Shown piece after piece: positions 31,391 to 41,944 of a stretch of DNA of 64,000 nt (its first letter is position 1; each line of letters begins with the position of its first letter). Under the pieces are notes generated by a model. That model did no database searches. It had not been told where the DNA came from and saw only the letters and a list, made by a program, of their open reading frames with translations. The position numbers and the translations under genes are program-made. The DNA comes from Truepera sp. (GTDB lineage: Bacteria > Deinococcota > Deinococci > Deinococcales > Trueperaceae): positions 1,184,001 to 1,248,000 of the forward strand of contig CBDCKW010000009.1 in assembly GCA_965218435.1 (NCBI GenBank), written 5' to 3'.

Positions 31391-32519
31391 CTAAGTACGG
31401 GACAAAAAGACAAGAAGCGGCTTCCTAAGCGAGAATAGCTGTGTGAAAGAATCTCAAGGAAGCCACTATCAGCATAAGACAAGACTGAAAGAAACGCTAG
31501 CAGCGAAGTTGCCTATGAATGGAGCCAGGCTGAAATGTCTGAGTACCTTGTTGCTGGTACTTGTGCAAGAGAAGAGCATCAACCTGGTCAGTTTAAGCTT
31601 AGCGTTTCAAGGCGCAGCTCAACCGGAATCATCTTATCGCCGCCTCAAGCGTTTTTTTGCAGAGGTGCGTCTGGATAAGCTCAAGGTGGCCCAACTGATT
31701 TTGAGCTTTTTACCGCCGCCGCCTTATACCGTTTGCGTTGACCGGACGAACTGGCAGTTCGGCAGGTGCGATATCAACATCCTGGTAATCGCCATTGCCC
31801 ATAGAGGCGTTGCCTTTCCTATAGTTTGGAGTTTTCTGGAGAAGCGAGGCAACTCGTCAGACGATGAGCGCATTGACCTGCTACAACGCCTTTTCGAGCT
31901 TGTCAAGCCCCGAGATATCGACTTTTTCTTGGCAGATAGAGAGTTTATCGGGGTAACTTGGTTTAACTACCTGGATAAGCGCCACGTTCCTTTTGCTATT
32001 CGTATTCGCAAGGATAGCTTATGCAACCCCTGGTGTTCAGCCTATGCGCTTTTTGCATCTTTGCCTATAGGTGAACTCAAGATAGTCAGCAACACTTGCA
32101 ACCTCCATGGTTGCCGCTTACGCCTTGTCGGTATGAAGCTCGCCCACGACGACTACGCCATCATTGCTACCAACCGTAAGCCCGCTCAAGCCTTTCTCAC
32201 CTACAAGCGTCGTTGGGAGATAGAAATGCTTTTTGCTGCTCTAAAGAAAACAGGCTTTGATATGGAGTCAACCCATCTCACTCAACTCGCTCGGCTTGAC
32301 ACCCTTTTTACGCTGCTAGCTCTTGCCTTTACCTGGGCGCATCATATAGGAGAATGGCTCCACGACACTAAGCAAAAGCCTTTGCGCCTTAAGTCACACC
32401 TCCGCAGAGAAAAATCATTCTTTAGGCATGGTCTCGATCATCTCAGGCATCTGCTTAAGAATCTACCCCTTAAACATCACGATCTACACTTCTGTATTCG
32501 GCTTTTGTCCCGTACTTAG
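31391..32519 (+). mobile_element. IS4-family (IS10-like) insertion sequence
   Basis: TIR CTAAGTACGGGACAAAA at both ends. 9-bp flanks CTAAATACT / CTAAGTACT differ by one base. Confidence 0.92.
31443..32519 (+). CDS. IS4-family DDE transposase
   Basis: VDRTNW, LADREF and the YKRRWEIE (YREK) motif. Intact ORF. Confidence 0.93.
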   Translation: MKESQGSHYQHKTRLKETLAAKLPMNGARLKCLSTLLLVLVQEKSINLVSLSLAFQGAAQPESSYRRLKRFFAEVRLDKLKVAQLILSFLPPPPYTVCVDRTNWQFGRCDINILVIAIAHRGVAFPIVWSFLEKRGNSSDDERIDLLQRLFELVKPRDIDFFLADREFIGVTWFNYLDKRHVPFAIRIRKDSLCNPWCSAYALFASLPIGELKIVSNTCNLHGCRLRLVGMKLAHDDYAIIATNRKPAQAFLTYKRRWEIEMLFAALKKTGFDMESTHLTQLARLDTLFTLLALAFTWAHHIGEWLHDTKQKPLRLKSHLRREKSFFRHGLDHLRHLLKNLPLKHHDLHFCIRLLSRT

Positions 32520-32540
32520 CTAAGTACTAATCAAATACGC

Positions 32541-32574
32541 AAAAAGCCCCTCGAGCTCGAGGGGCTTACTTTTT
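32541..32574. terminator. Bidirectional terminator-like palindrome centred on tandem CTCGAG
   Basis: AAAAAGCCCCTCGAGCTCGAGGGGCTTACTTTT. Confidence 0.7.
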
Positions 32575-32587
32575 CTGAGTAAACTCG

Positions 32588-32887
32588 TTACGAGTTCGTG
32601 CAGTAAACCCGCGCCGTCCGGGGCGAGTAGATATTTCCGGTTAAAAAGGCGAGCACACTGTCTAGCGCATTTTGCTCTACTTCAATTCGGGCGATGTTTT
32701 GTGCGCCGCCGCAAACCTCAGCCGCGTCAACATAGCTGTCCTGACCGACCCCATAAAGAAAAAAGGGTTGGCTCTCCTCGAGCGCCGCTTGTTTAACAGG
32801 CGCAACTGGCGGGTTGACGTCAAACGACTGCGTGGCGCAGCCCCCAAGCAGCGCGGCAAGTAAAACAGCACCAATTATATGTTTCAC
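32588..32887 (-). CDS. Bor/Iss-family lipoprotein
   Basis: Lipobox LGGC, FFLYGVGQ, DAAEVCGGA and IYSPRTARVYC match the lambda Bor pattern. GGAGG RBS. Confidence 0.88.
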   Translation of the reverse strand: MKHIIGAVLLAALLGGCATQSFDVNPPVAPVKQAALEESQPFFLYGVGQDSYVDAAEVCGGAQNIARIEVEQNALDSVLAFLTGNIYSPRTARVYCTNS

Positions 32888-32958
32888 AGGTGTCACCTCC
32901 TCGGATTTTACTCGTACAGTTTAGCTCATCTTTTACATGTTCTGCAAATCTGGAGCAT

Positions 32959-32987
32959 AAAAAAGGCTCACCATCAAAGTGAGCCTT
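32959..32987 (-). terminator. lon terminator
   Basis: AAGGCTCAC/GTGAGCCTT stem with an adjacent A-run (U-tract on the minus strand). Confidence 0.7.
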
Positions 32988-33005
32988 CTCTGTTACGAGA
33001 CTTGT

Positions 33006-35468
<2,463 letters not shown>

Positions 35469-35679
35469 GAGAAGCTCCTTTATTGTGGTAGCACTCTAAA
35501 AACCTTAGTGCTGATATATCAAGTTTACCCAAATTTGCAACGAGTGCCGGAAGCTGGCTTACATCGGTCAGGGCTTAGGCCACAGCTTTGAGCGTGTTGT
35601 TGAGGAGCCATTCACCAGTGTAAACCCGACCGGGCCGTCCCGACGTGAGGTAGACCCCGGTGCGTGATAGCGTTGAGCT

Positions 35680-37521
35680 ATGGACGCGATGGTTCAAACA
35701 GACGTTAAAACACAGTTAAAAGAGGCGCTGGAACGCGCAGTAGCGAAGCTCGGCGCACAAGCTGAGGTCTCGGTACAAGCTGTACCGGAGGGCAAAGCGG
35801 GTGACTACGGCTCGCCGGTTGCGTTCGGCTTGGCCAAGACGTTGCGAAAAAATCCGGTGGCGATTGCTAACGAGATTTTAGCGGCGCTTACCCTGCCCCC
35901 CGGTGTGGCCCACGCCGAAGCCGTCGGGCCGTACTTAAACTTTCACCTCGACCCCGGCACGTTCGTCGAAAGTCTGGTCTCAAACCCGCTGACGCTACCC
36001 AAACGCGGCGAAAAGGCCATCGTCGAACACACCAGCGTCAACCCGAACAAAGAGGCGCACGTCGGGCACCTCCGTAACATCGTCTTAGGCGACGCCTGCG
36101 CCCGTATCTTAAGGGCTGCCGGGTTTGACGTCGAGGTGCAGAACTATATTGACGACACCGGCCGTCAGGCGGCGGAATCGCTCTTTGCAGTGTCGTACTT
36201 TGGCGAAACCTACAACGGTGAAGAAAAATACGACCACTGGCTCGGTAAGCTCTACGTGCGGCTCACGCAAGCCAAAGAAACCGATGGCGAGGCGATTGAG
36301 CGCGGCGTGTCGGAAGTCATGCACCAGCTCGAGCGCGGTGAACTCCGCGCGGACATCGAGAAGGTGTTGCGCTCACAGCTCGAGACCTATTACGCGCTCG
36401 GCGCAGAGTATGACCTTTTGGTGTGGGAATCCGACATCGTTCATAGCGGCTTTTTAGCGCAGGCTTTAGAGGTTTTGAAGGGCAGTGAAGATGTTTTTAT
36501 GGCGACCGAAGGTAAGTTTGCCGGGGCGCTGGTCATGGACGTATCGAAGTTTTTACCAGGGCTCGAGGAACCTCTAGTCGTGCTCGTCCGAAGTGACGGC
36601 AACGCCATGTACGTCGCCAAAGACATCGGCACGCAGCTCTGGAAAGTCGGATTGTTTGAAGGCTTAAAGTTTACGACCTTCGACACGCAACCTTCGGGTA
36701 AACCGCTCTATACGAGTTCGCCAACAGGGGAGACGCACCCGGACGGACGCACCTTTGCGCACGGTGATGAAGTCATTAACGTCATTGACACGCGGCAGAG
36801 CCACTCGCAAACCATTGTCAAAACGTCTTTAGCTCTAACCGATACCGCGCAAGGTTTCGACAGCTCGCACCATCTGGCGTATGAAGTCGTGACCTTAGAA
36901 GGTCAAGCGATGAGCGGGCGTAAAGGGGTGACGCTCGCGATTGACACCGTAATTGCCGAAGCGAAGCGGCGAGCGCGGGCTGTGGTCGAGGAGAAAAACC
37001 CGGATTTAGCGAGTATTGACACCGTAGCGCGGCAGGTCGGTATCGGCGCACTGCGCTTTGCCATGCTCAGGAGCGAAGCGCGGCGCATCATTGATTTTCG
37101 CTGGGAACAGGCGCTTAACTTGCAGGGTGATTCCGCGCCGTATGTGCAGTACGCGCACGCACGGGCGTGTAGCATCTTGCGGGCGGCAGACGCGGCAGGT
37201 GTAGGTGAAGCGGGCGCGGATTGGAGCCGGGTGGGGGGGCTCGAGGTCAAACTAGCTCAAGAACTCGCCCGTTTGCCGGAAGTTACGGAAAGTACCGCTA
37301 GAGAGTTCGCACCGCACATCGTCGCACAGTACTGCCTAGATGTGGCGACCGCGTGGAACGGGTTTTACAACCACCGTAACGCCGAGGGCAAACCCGACAC
37401 GCAGGTTTTGAAGGCTGAACCAGGGCTTAGAGAAGCTCGAGTTGCCCTTGTTCGCAAAGTCAGAGATACGCTGGCTGACGCTTTGGGTCTGCTCGGGATT
37501 GAAGCACCACAAGAAATGTAG
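35680..37521 (+). CDS. argS: Arginine-tRNA ligase
   Basis: EHTSVNPNK, HVGH, MSGRKG and YVQYAHAR. Leaderless TAGCGT. Confidence 0.96.
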   Translation: MDAMVQTDVKTQLKEALERAVAKLGAQAEVSVQAVPEGKAGDYGSPVAFGLAKTLRKNPVAIANEILAALTLPPGVAHAEAVGPYLNFHLDPGTFVESLVSNPLTLPKRGEKAIVEHTSVNPNKEAHVGHLRNIVLGDACARILRAAGFDVEVQNYIDDTGRQAAESLFAVSYFGETYNGEEKYDHWLGKLYVRLTQAKETDGEAIERGVSEVMHQLERGELRADIEKVLRSQLETYYALGAEYDLLVWESDIVHSGFLAQALEVLKGSEDVFMATEGKFAGALVMDVSKFLPGLEEPLVVLVRSDGNAMYVAKDIGTQLWKVGLFEGLKFTTFDTQPSGKPLYTSSPTGETHPDGRTFAHGDEVINVIDTRQSHSQTIVKTSLALTDTAQGFDSSHHLAYEVVTLEGQAMSGRKGVTLAIDTVIAEAKRRARAVVEEKNPDLASIDTVARQVGIGALRFAMLRSEARRIIDFRWEQALNLQGDSAPYVQYAHARACSILRAADAAGVGEAGADWSRVGGLEVKLAQELARLPEVTESTAREFAPHIVAQYCLDVATAWNGFYNHRNAEGKPDTQVLKAEPGLREARVALVRKVRDTLADALGLLGIEAPQEM

Positions 37522-37536
37522 GAGATGTAACTGCAC

Positions 37537-37959
37537 ATGAGTTGGGATGAACCGCGCTGCGTGTGGTGCCATAAAACAGGGGGCATCATCGAACCGTTAT
37601 GTGTCCGCGTTCCTAACGTTCCAATTTTTAGTGATAAAGAGCAGGATATTGAGGTTTTGGTTCATGCCGAACATAGAGACGAAACGCGCCGCTACTACGC
37701 ACGCCTTTACAGGTATGCTCGAGTCTTTCTGCTAGCCGTTCTGCTCGGCACTATGGCGACGCTGATTTTCGCTGTTCTTGGGGGGATACCAGGAGAAACA
37801 GCTGTGGTTAGCTACTTTGGCATTGTCTTTGTAGTGTTTCCCTTTGCCAACGGTACGACATTTGAAATTGTCGGCATCAGGGATAGCGTTAGGTTTGCCC
37901 AAATTACCGGAATCGTCTTCATCTTGGCAGGTTTTGCACTGCTCTACGTTGCTGTCTAG
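37537..37959 (+). CDS. Hypothetical membrane protein with N-terminal CxxC
   Basis: GGAG RBS, CVWC and three hydrophobic segments. Confidence 0.6.
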   Translation: MSWDEPRCVWCHKTGGIIEPLCVRVPNVPIFSDKEQDIEVLVHAEHRDETRRYYARLYRYARVFLLAVLLGTMATLIFAVLGGIPGETAVVSYFGIVFVVFPFANGTTFEIVGIRDSVRFAQITGIVFILAGFALLYVAV

Positions 37960-38004
37960 CTGTAGTCAAACCAGCTGCAAGCCCGTCTAACGCACTAAAA
38001 GACT

Positions 38005-38349
38005 CTAGACCTGAACCACACAAAAGGTATTGCCGTCGGGGTCAGCTAATACGACGTAATCTGCGCCGGGTTCGTACCTCCAGTTTACCCTAGTTGCCCC
38101 TAGCTTCAAAAGCCGTTCAACTTCTCCTGCCTGATCGTCTGTAAACAAATCCATGTGGTGCCGCTTGGGTTTGTCGGAGGTGACTGCCGCGTTTAGAGAT
38201 AACTGCGTACCTTCGCCGTTTTTGGGAACAAGAATCGCAAAATCAACGTCAGGCTCGTTGCGCAGTTTGTAGTCCAACGCTTCGCTCCAGAACTTCACAC
38301 TGCGCTCGAGGTCGCGCACACCCCAAACGATAGCTCCGATCTTTAACAT
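38005..38349 (-). CDS. VOC/glyoxalase-like protein
   Basis: FWSEAL, HMDL, LGAT and VLADPDGNTFCV. Confidence 0.9.
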   Translation of the reverse strand: MLKIGAIVWGVRDLERSVKFWSEALDYKLRNEPDVDFAILVPKNGEGTQLSLNAAVTSDKPKRHHMDLFTDDQAGEVERLLKLGATRVNWRYEPGADYVVLADPDGNTFCVVQV

Positions 38350-38428
38350 GGTCTGCGCTCCTCAAAGTTAAGACAACAAAAACTTTGGCGAGTATCTTAC
38401 CGCCAAAGTGGTTTCTGCGTCTAAGAGC

Positions 38429-38862
38429 TTAAAGTGGGAAACCCAAACCCAAGCGTATCGTCGGGCTGACAAAAGGGCCGCTCGAGTCCTGTACACCGTC
38501 ATTTACACCTATACCCAGCTCGCCCTCGAGGTGAACGCCACCTAAAGAAAGTCGGTACCTGCCCGTTACCAAACCTCCCAATGCCCCGGTAGTGAGCTAG
38601 GGAACCAAAGTGACCGGGCACGGGTAAAAAAGTGACTAGGTGTAGAAGCGAAGCGGTAGCTTACTCCAGGATTGACCGAATCAATAATGGTAATAAGGGG
38701 AATTAAGCCTATCCCAGCGATGATATCTACAGAATCTGCGACAGCAAGGTCACCCTCGAAACTGAAATTGCTGCCGAAACGGATGTTTAAGCTGTTTTGA
38801 GCATGTACAGGCGAAAAGGTAAGTAACATAGTGCCCAATAAGGTGCTAAGTAGCCTCGTCAC
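38429..38862 (-). pseudogene. Frameshifted small outer-membrane beta-barrel-like protein
   Basis: Signal peptide (VHA/Q) in the ORF to 38566. A second frame continues GRYRLSLGGVHLEGELGIG...TIRLGLGFPL to TAA at 38429. Leaderless TATAGT. Confidence 0.55.
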
Positions 38863-38883
38863 TACGGCACTATACTCTAGCTC

Positions 38884-39348
38884 TCAGCTCATTCCCCGCA
38901 ACATCCCCTCAGCTTCATCGGCCACGTCGGTATCAGCCATGACGTTATACCGCTCGGCCTGCATCCCGCCAACTGAACTAAAGTCGCGCTGGCCACGCGT
39001 AGCGGCGTAACCAAAAACAGCGAAGAGGATGCTGATAATAAGCCCGACGACGAGGCCGTAGAGCACGATGTTGAGGAGTGGGCCACCGAAGAAAAAGCCG
39101 AGAAAGAGACCGATTAAAACGCCGGTCAGTGCGCCGCTACTCGCTGCTGTAGAAATTACGCGGCCCCAGTTGAGGCGGCCGGTGACTTGCTCGACAAACT
39201 TGAGACCTTCAGCCACAATCGCTGTTTTTTCAACTTCAAACTTGTTGTCAGAAAGGTAATCTACGGCCTTTTGCGCTTCGGCGTAGGTGGGGTACGTCGC
39301 AATCGTTCGGCGTGAAGCCGCTGTAGTTACATCTTTGAATCTGTCCAT
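38884..39348 (-). CDS. General stress protein (YflT/17M-like domain) with TM hairpin
   Basis: YPTYAEAQKAVDYLSD, VEQVTGRL and RDFSS. Confidence 0.85.
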   Translation of the reverse strand: MDRFKDVTTAASRRTIATYPTYAEAQKAVDYLSDNKFEVEKTAIVAEGLKFVEQVTGRLNWGRVISTAASSGALTGVLIGLFLGFFFGGPLLNIVLYGLVVGLIISILFAVFGYAATRGQRDFSSVGGMQAERYNVMADTDVADEAEGMLRGMS

Positions 39349-39528
39349 CTGAGCCTCCTAAAGCTGAGCATACTAAAAACGTGTAGCTAAACGCTGTCGT
39401 CAGCTTATCCGGGGGCTGGGTGAGCTTTGTTGGGATGGCCTACAGAACGCGCGGTTTTACGGCGACTGTCAAGAAAGGGTGTAAAGAAAAAGCGAGCCGA
39501 AGTCCGCTTGGGTCAACGCCGCGAGTAG

Positions 39529-40530
39529 CTAAAGCTGAACGGCGTAAGGCAAGTTGAACGTCTTGTCGTTGATGTCGAACTTAATGGTACCGGTCACCAG
39601 GCTTCCGGCGGGCGGCACCGGGCTGATATTTAAGGTGATAACGCCCGACGCGCGGATGGCGTTAAAGATTTTTTCAAAGAGCACCTCGAGCCCGTCCGCG
39701 TCCGCGACGTTGGCAAAGGTGCCACCGGTCGCCTCGGCGAGCGTTTGCAGTTCGGTCAGGTCGAGCTGCTTGCGGCCCGCACCCAGACCGACCGTAAAGA
39801 ACTTGACGCCCGACCCTTCGGCCGCGCCGAGCGCCTCGGCAAAGTCCACCGTGCCGCCCTTACGTTGCCCGTCGGTAAAGAGGACCACGACGCGTGAGGC
39901 GTTGCCGCCGCCCTCATCGCCGCTGTGCAGCTCGAGGGTGTCGAGTACCGAATCCCAGATCGGCGTGTCGTTTTGTTGTCCGACCTTTTGGACGGCGGCG
40001 TTTAGCAGGGCTTGGTCGCCGGTAAAGTCTTGGAGGAGGCTCGAGGCCCGGAAGCCCTCGCCGTCACCGCGAAAGGTCATCACCGCTAAGCGGTCTTGCG
40101 CGGTGATACGCCCGATAAACGACCCGGCCGCGTCCACTCGTTTGCGCTCCGGGTCGGTGTTTTTCATACTGCCGCTCTGGTCGAGGTCTAAAACGGCGTT
40201 GATCACCTCTTGTACCTTGATGTCGAACTTAATTTCAGCCCTCGCCGTGTACGCTTGCGCCGGGGTGACGGCTCCGCCGGTCGAGGTCACCCTGGAAATG
40301 GTCACGACCGGGTTCGTGATGTCTCCGGCAATGGGGTCGCCGCTGCCGTCCAGTGCGCTGACGTTGAGGTCAACTTGACCGGTCGGCGCGCCGTTGGCGT
40401 CACGCCCTACGGTGTAGCCGTTGAGCGTCGCGGTAGACGGCGTGATGTACCTGTTCACCGCGTCCTGAACATAGTTGCAACCGCCGAGCAGGGCGAGTGA
40501 CACGAGTAGCGTTAAGCTTAAGCGTTTCAT
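39529..40530 (-). CDS. VWA-domain lipoprotein
   Basis: AGGAGG RBS, lipobox LGGC, MIDAS DQSGSM, TPIWD and FTDG. Confidence 0.88.
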   Translation of the reverse strand: MKRLSLTLLVSLALLGGCNYVQDAVNRYITPSTATLNGYTVGRDANGAPTGQVDLNVSALDGSGDPIAGDITNPVVTISRVTSTGGAVTPAQAYTARAEIKFDIKVQEVINAVLDLDQSGSMKNTDPERKRVDAAGSFIGRITAQDRLAVMTFRGDGEGFRASSLLQDFTGDQALLNAAVQKVGQQNDTPIWDSVLDTLELHSGDEGGGNASRVVVLFTDGQRKGGTVDFAEALGAAEGSGVKFFTVGLGAGRKQLDLTELQTLAEATGGTFANVADADGLEVLFEKIFNAIRASGVITLNISPVPPAGSLVTGTIKFDINDKTFNLPYAVQL

Positions 40531-40755
40531 AGTGCCTCCTAAAATCATCAACAAAACCAATTTGACGCCCTAAAACTTAAGTGAGGCTTAAGGCGCTGAA
40601 CCGAGCCAATCTTTTGGCGTCGTCTCGAGTGCTTGCCCAATGACCTTGGTTCTACTTGCCACCCTTGAAACCATTTTTTAACCGCGTCACTTTAAGCTCC
40701 AGCTAACCCGGGTGTGCGCTAAAAGGCCGTACCACCGAGGTTAAAGGAGATCATC

Positions 40756-41166
40756 ATGAGCAACCAACCCGCTGTGATCGTTACCGAGACCGACTCGTCG
40801 TCGGCTGTTTTGCCCCGCGTGCTGGGAGCGCTGCTGCTGCTGGCGATTGCCGTCATTCACTACCTCGATTTGGGCGGCAAGCTTTCAGAAACGCCGTATC
40901 TCGGCTATCTGTATATCGCCCTGATGATCGGGTCGGTGTTGGCTGCTGGACTACTCTTTTACCGGCCCCGCGCCGGTTGGACGCTCGGCGGCTTGCTAGC
41001 ACTGGGTGCGTTTGTCGCTTACTGCCTGAGCCGCACCACAGGGCTACCGGCCGCCACCGACGACATCGGCAACTGGGGCGAACCGCTCGGCGTCGCGTCA
41101 TTAATCGTTGAAGGCGTAATGGTCATCTTGAGCGCAACTATGTTAGGACGCCGGACGAGCGGTTAA
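40756..41166 (+). CDS. Hypothetical four-TM membrane protein
   Basis: AAGGAG RBS, hydrophobic helices and SRTTGLP...DIGNW. Confidence 0.8.
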   Translation: MSNQPAVIVTETDSSSAVLPRVLGALLLLAIAVIHYLDLGGKLSETPYLGYLYIALMIGSVLAAGLLFYRPRAGWTLGGLLALGAFVAYCLSRTTGLPAATDDIGNWGEPLGVASLIVEGVMVILSATMLGRRTSG

Positions 41167-41253
41167 AGCGTAGGTTTTAATGGCTAAACCTGTGGTACGG
41201 TCAGCTAAGTTAATCAGCCCCGACCGGGGTACCGCTGAAAGGTAAATGACACC

Positions 41254-41904
41254 TTGCCTGACCTTGCTGCCTTACTCCAAACCGTTTCTTACGCCGGTAT
41301 CTTCGCCATTTTATTTGCTGAAAGCGGTCTCCTCATCGGGATTATGCTTCCCGGTGACAGCTTGCTGATTACTGCCGGGCTGCTCTGCGCTCAGGGTAGC
41401 CTGACGCTTTGGGGCGTCGTCGTCGCCGCTATTTTGGGCGCTGTGCTGGGCGATTCGACAGGCTACTGGATCGGCAAACGCTTTGGTCCCTCTGTATTCC
41501 GGCGGCCCGAAAGTCGCTTTTTCAAACCCAGCTACGTTGAACGTGCCAGGGGCTATTTTGAACGTTACGGGCTGACCACGCTGATTATCGCCCGTTTTGT
41601 CCCGATTGTGCGGACGCTGGTCCCGACGCTGGCCGGGGTCGGCGGGATGCACTATCCAAAATTCTTTTTGTATAACGTCGTCGGCGGTATCTTGTGGGGC
41701 GCAGGAATTCCGGTCGCCGGGTTCTATCTCGGGCGGCTGATTCCCAACCTGGATCACTACATCTTGCTGGTGATCGCCGTCGTCTTAGTGGTGTCGCTGA
41801 TTCCGGTGGCGCTCGAGTTTCGCCGTCAGCGGGCCGACGGGCGCAAGGTGACCCGAGAAAGCGTCGGAGAAGCGGTCGGAGAAACTAGCCAAGAAGCCGA
41901 ATAA
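41254..41904 (+). CDS. DedA/VTT-family membrane protein
   Basis: FAESGL, LPGDSLL, GDSTGYWIG and ARFVPIVRT. Confidence 0.93.
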   Translation: MPDLAALLQTVSYAGIFAILFAESGLLIGIMLPGDSLLITAGLLCAQGSLTLWGVVVAAILGAVLGDSTGYWIGKRFGPSVFRRPESRFFKPSYVERARGYFERYGLTTLIIARFVPIVRTLVPTLAGVGGMHYPKFFLYNVVGGILWGAGIPVAGFYLGRLIPNLDHYILLVIAVVLVVSLIPVALEFRRQRADGRKVTRESVGEAVGETSQEAE

Positions 41905-41944
41905 GTTAAGCCTTTTTTGCAAGTTACGCCTTCTTTACAGCCCT

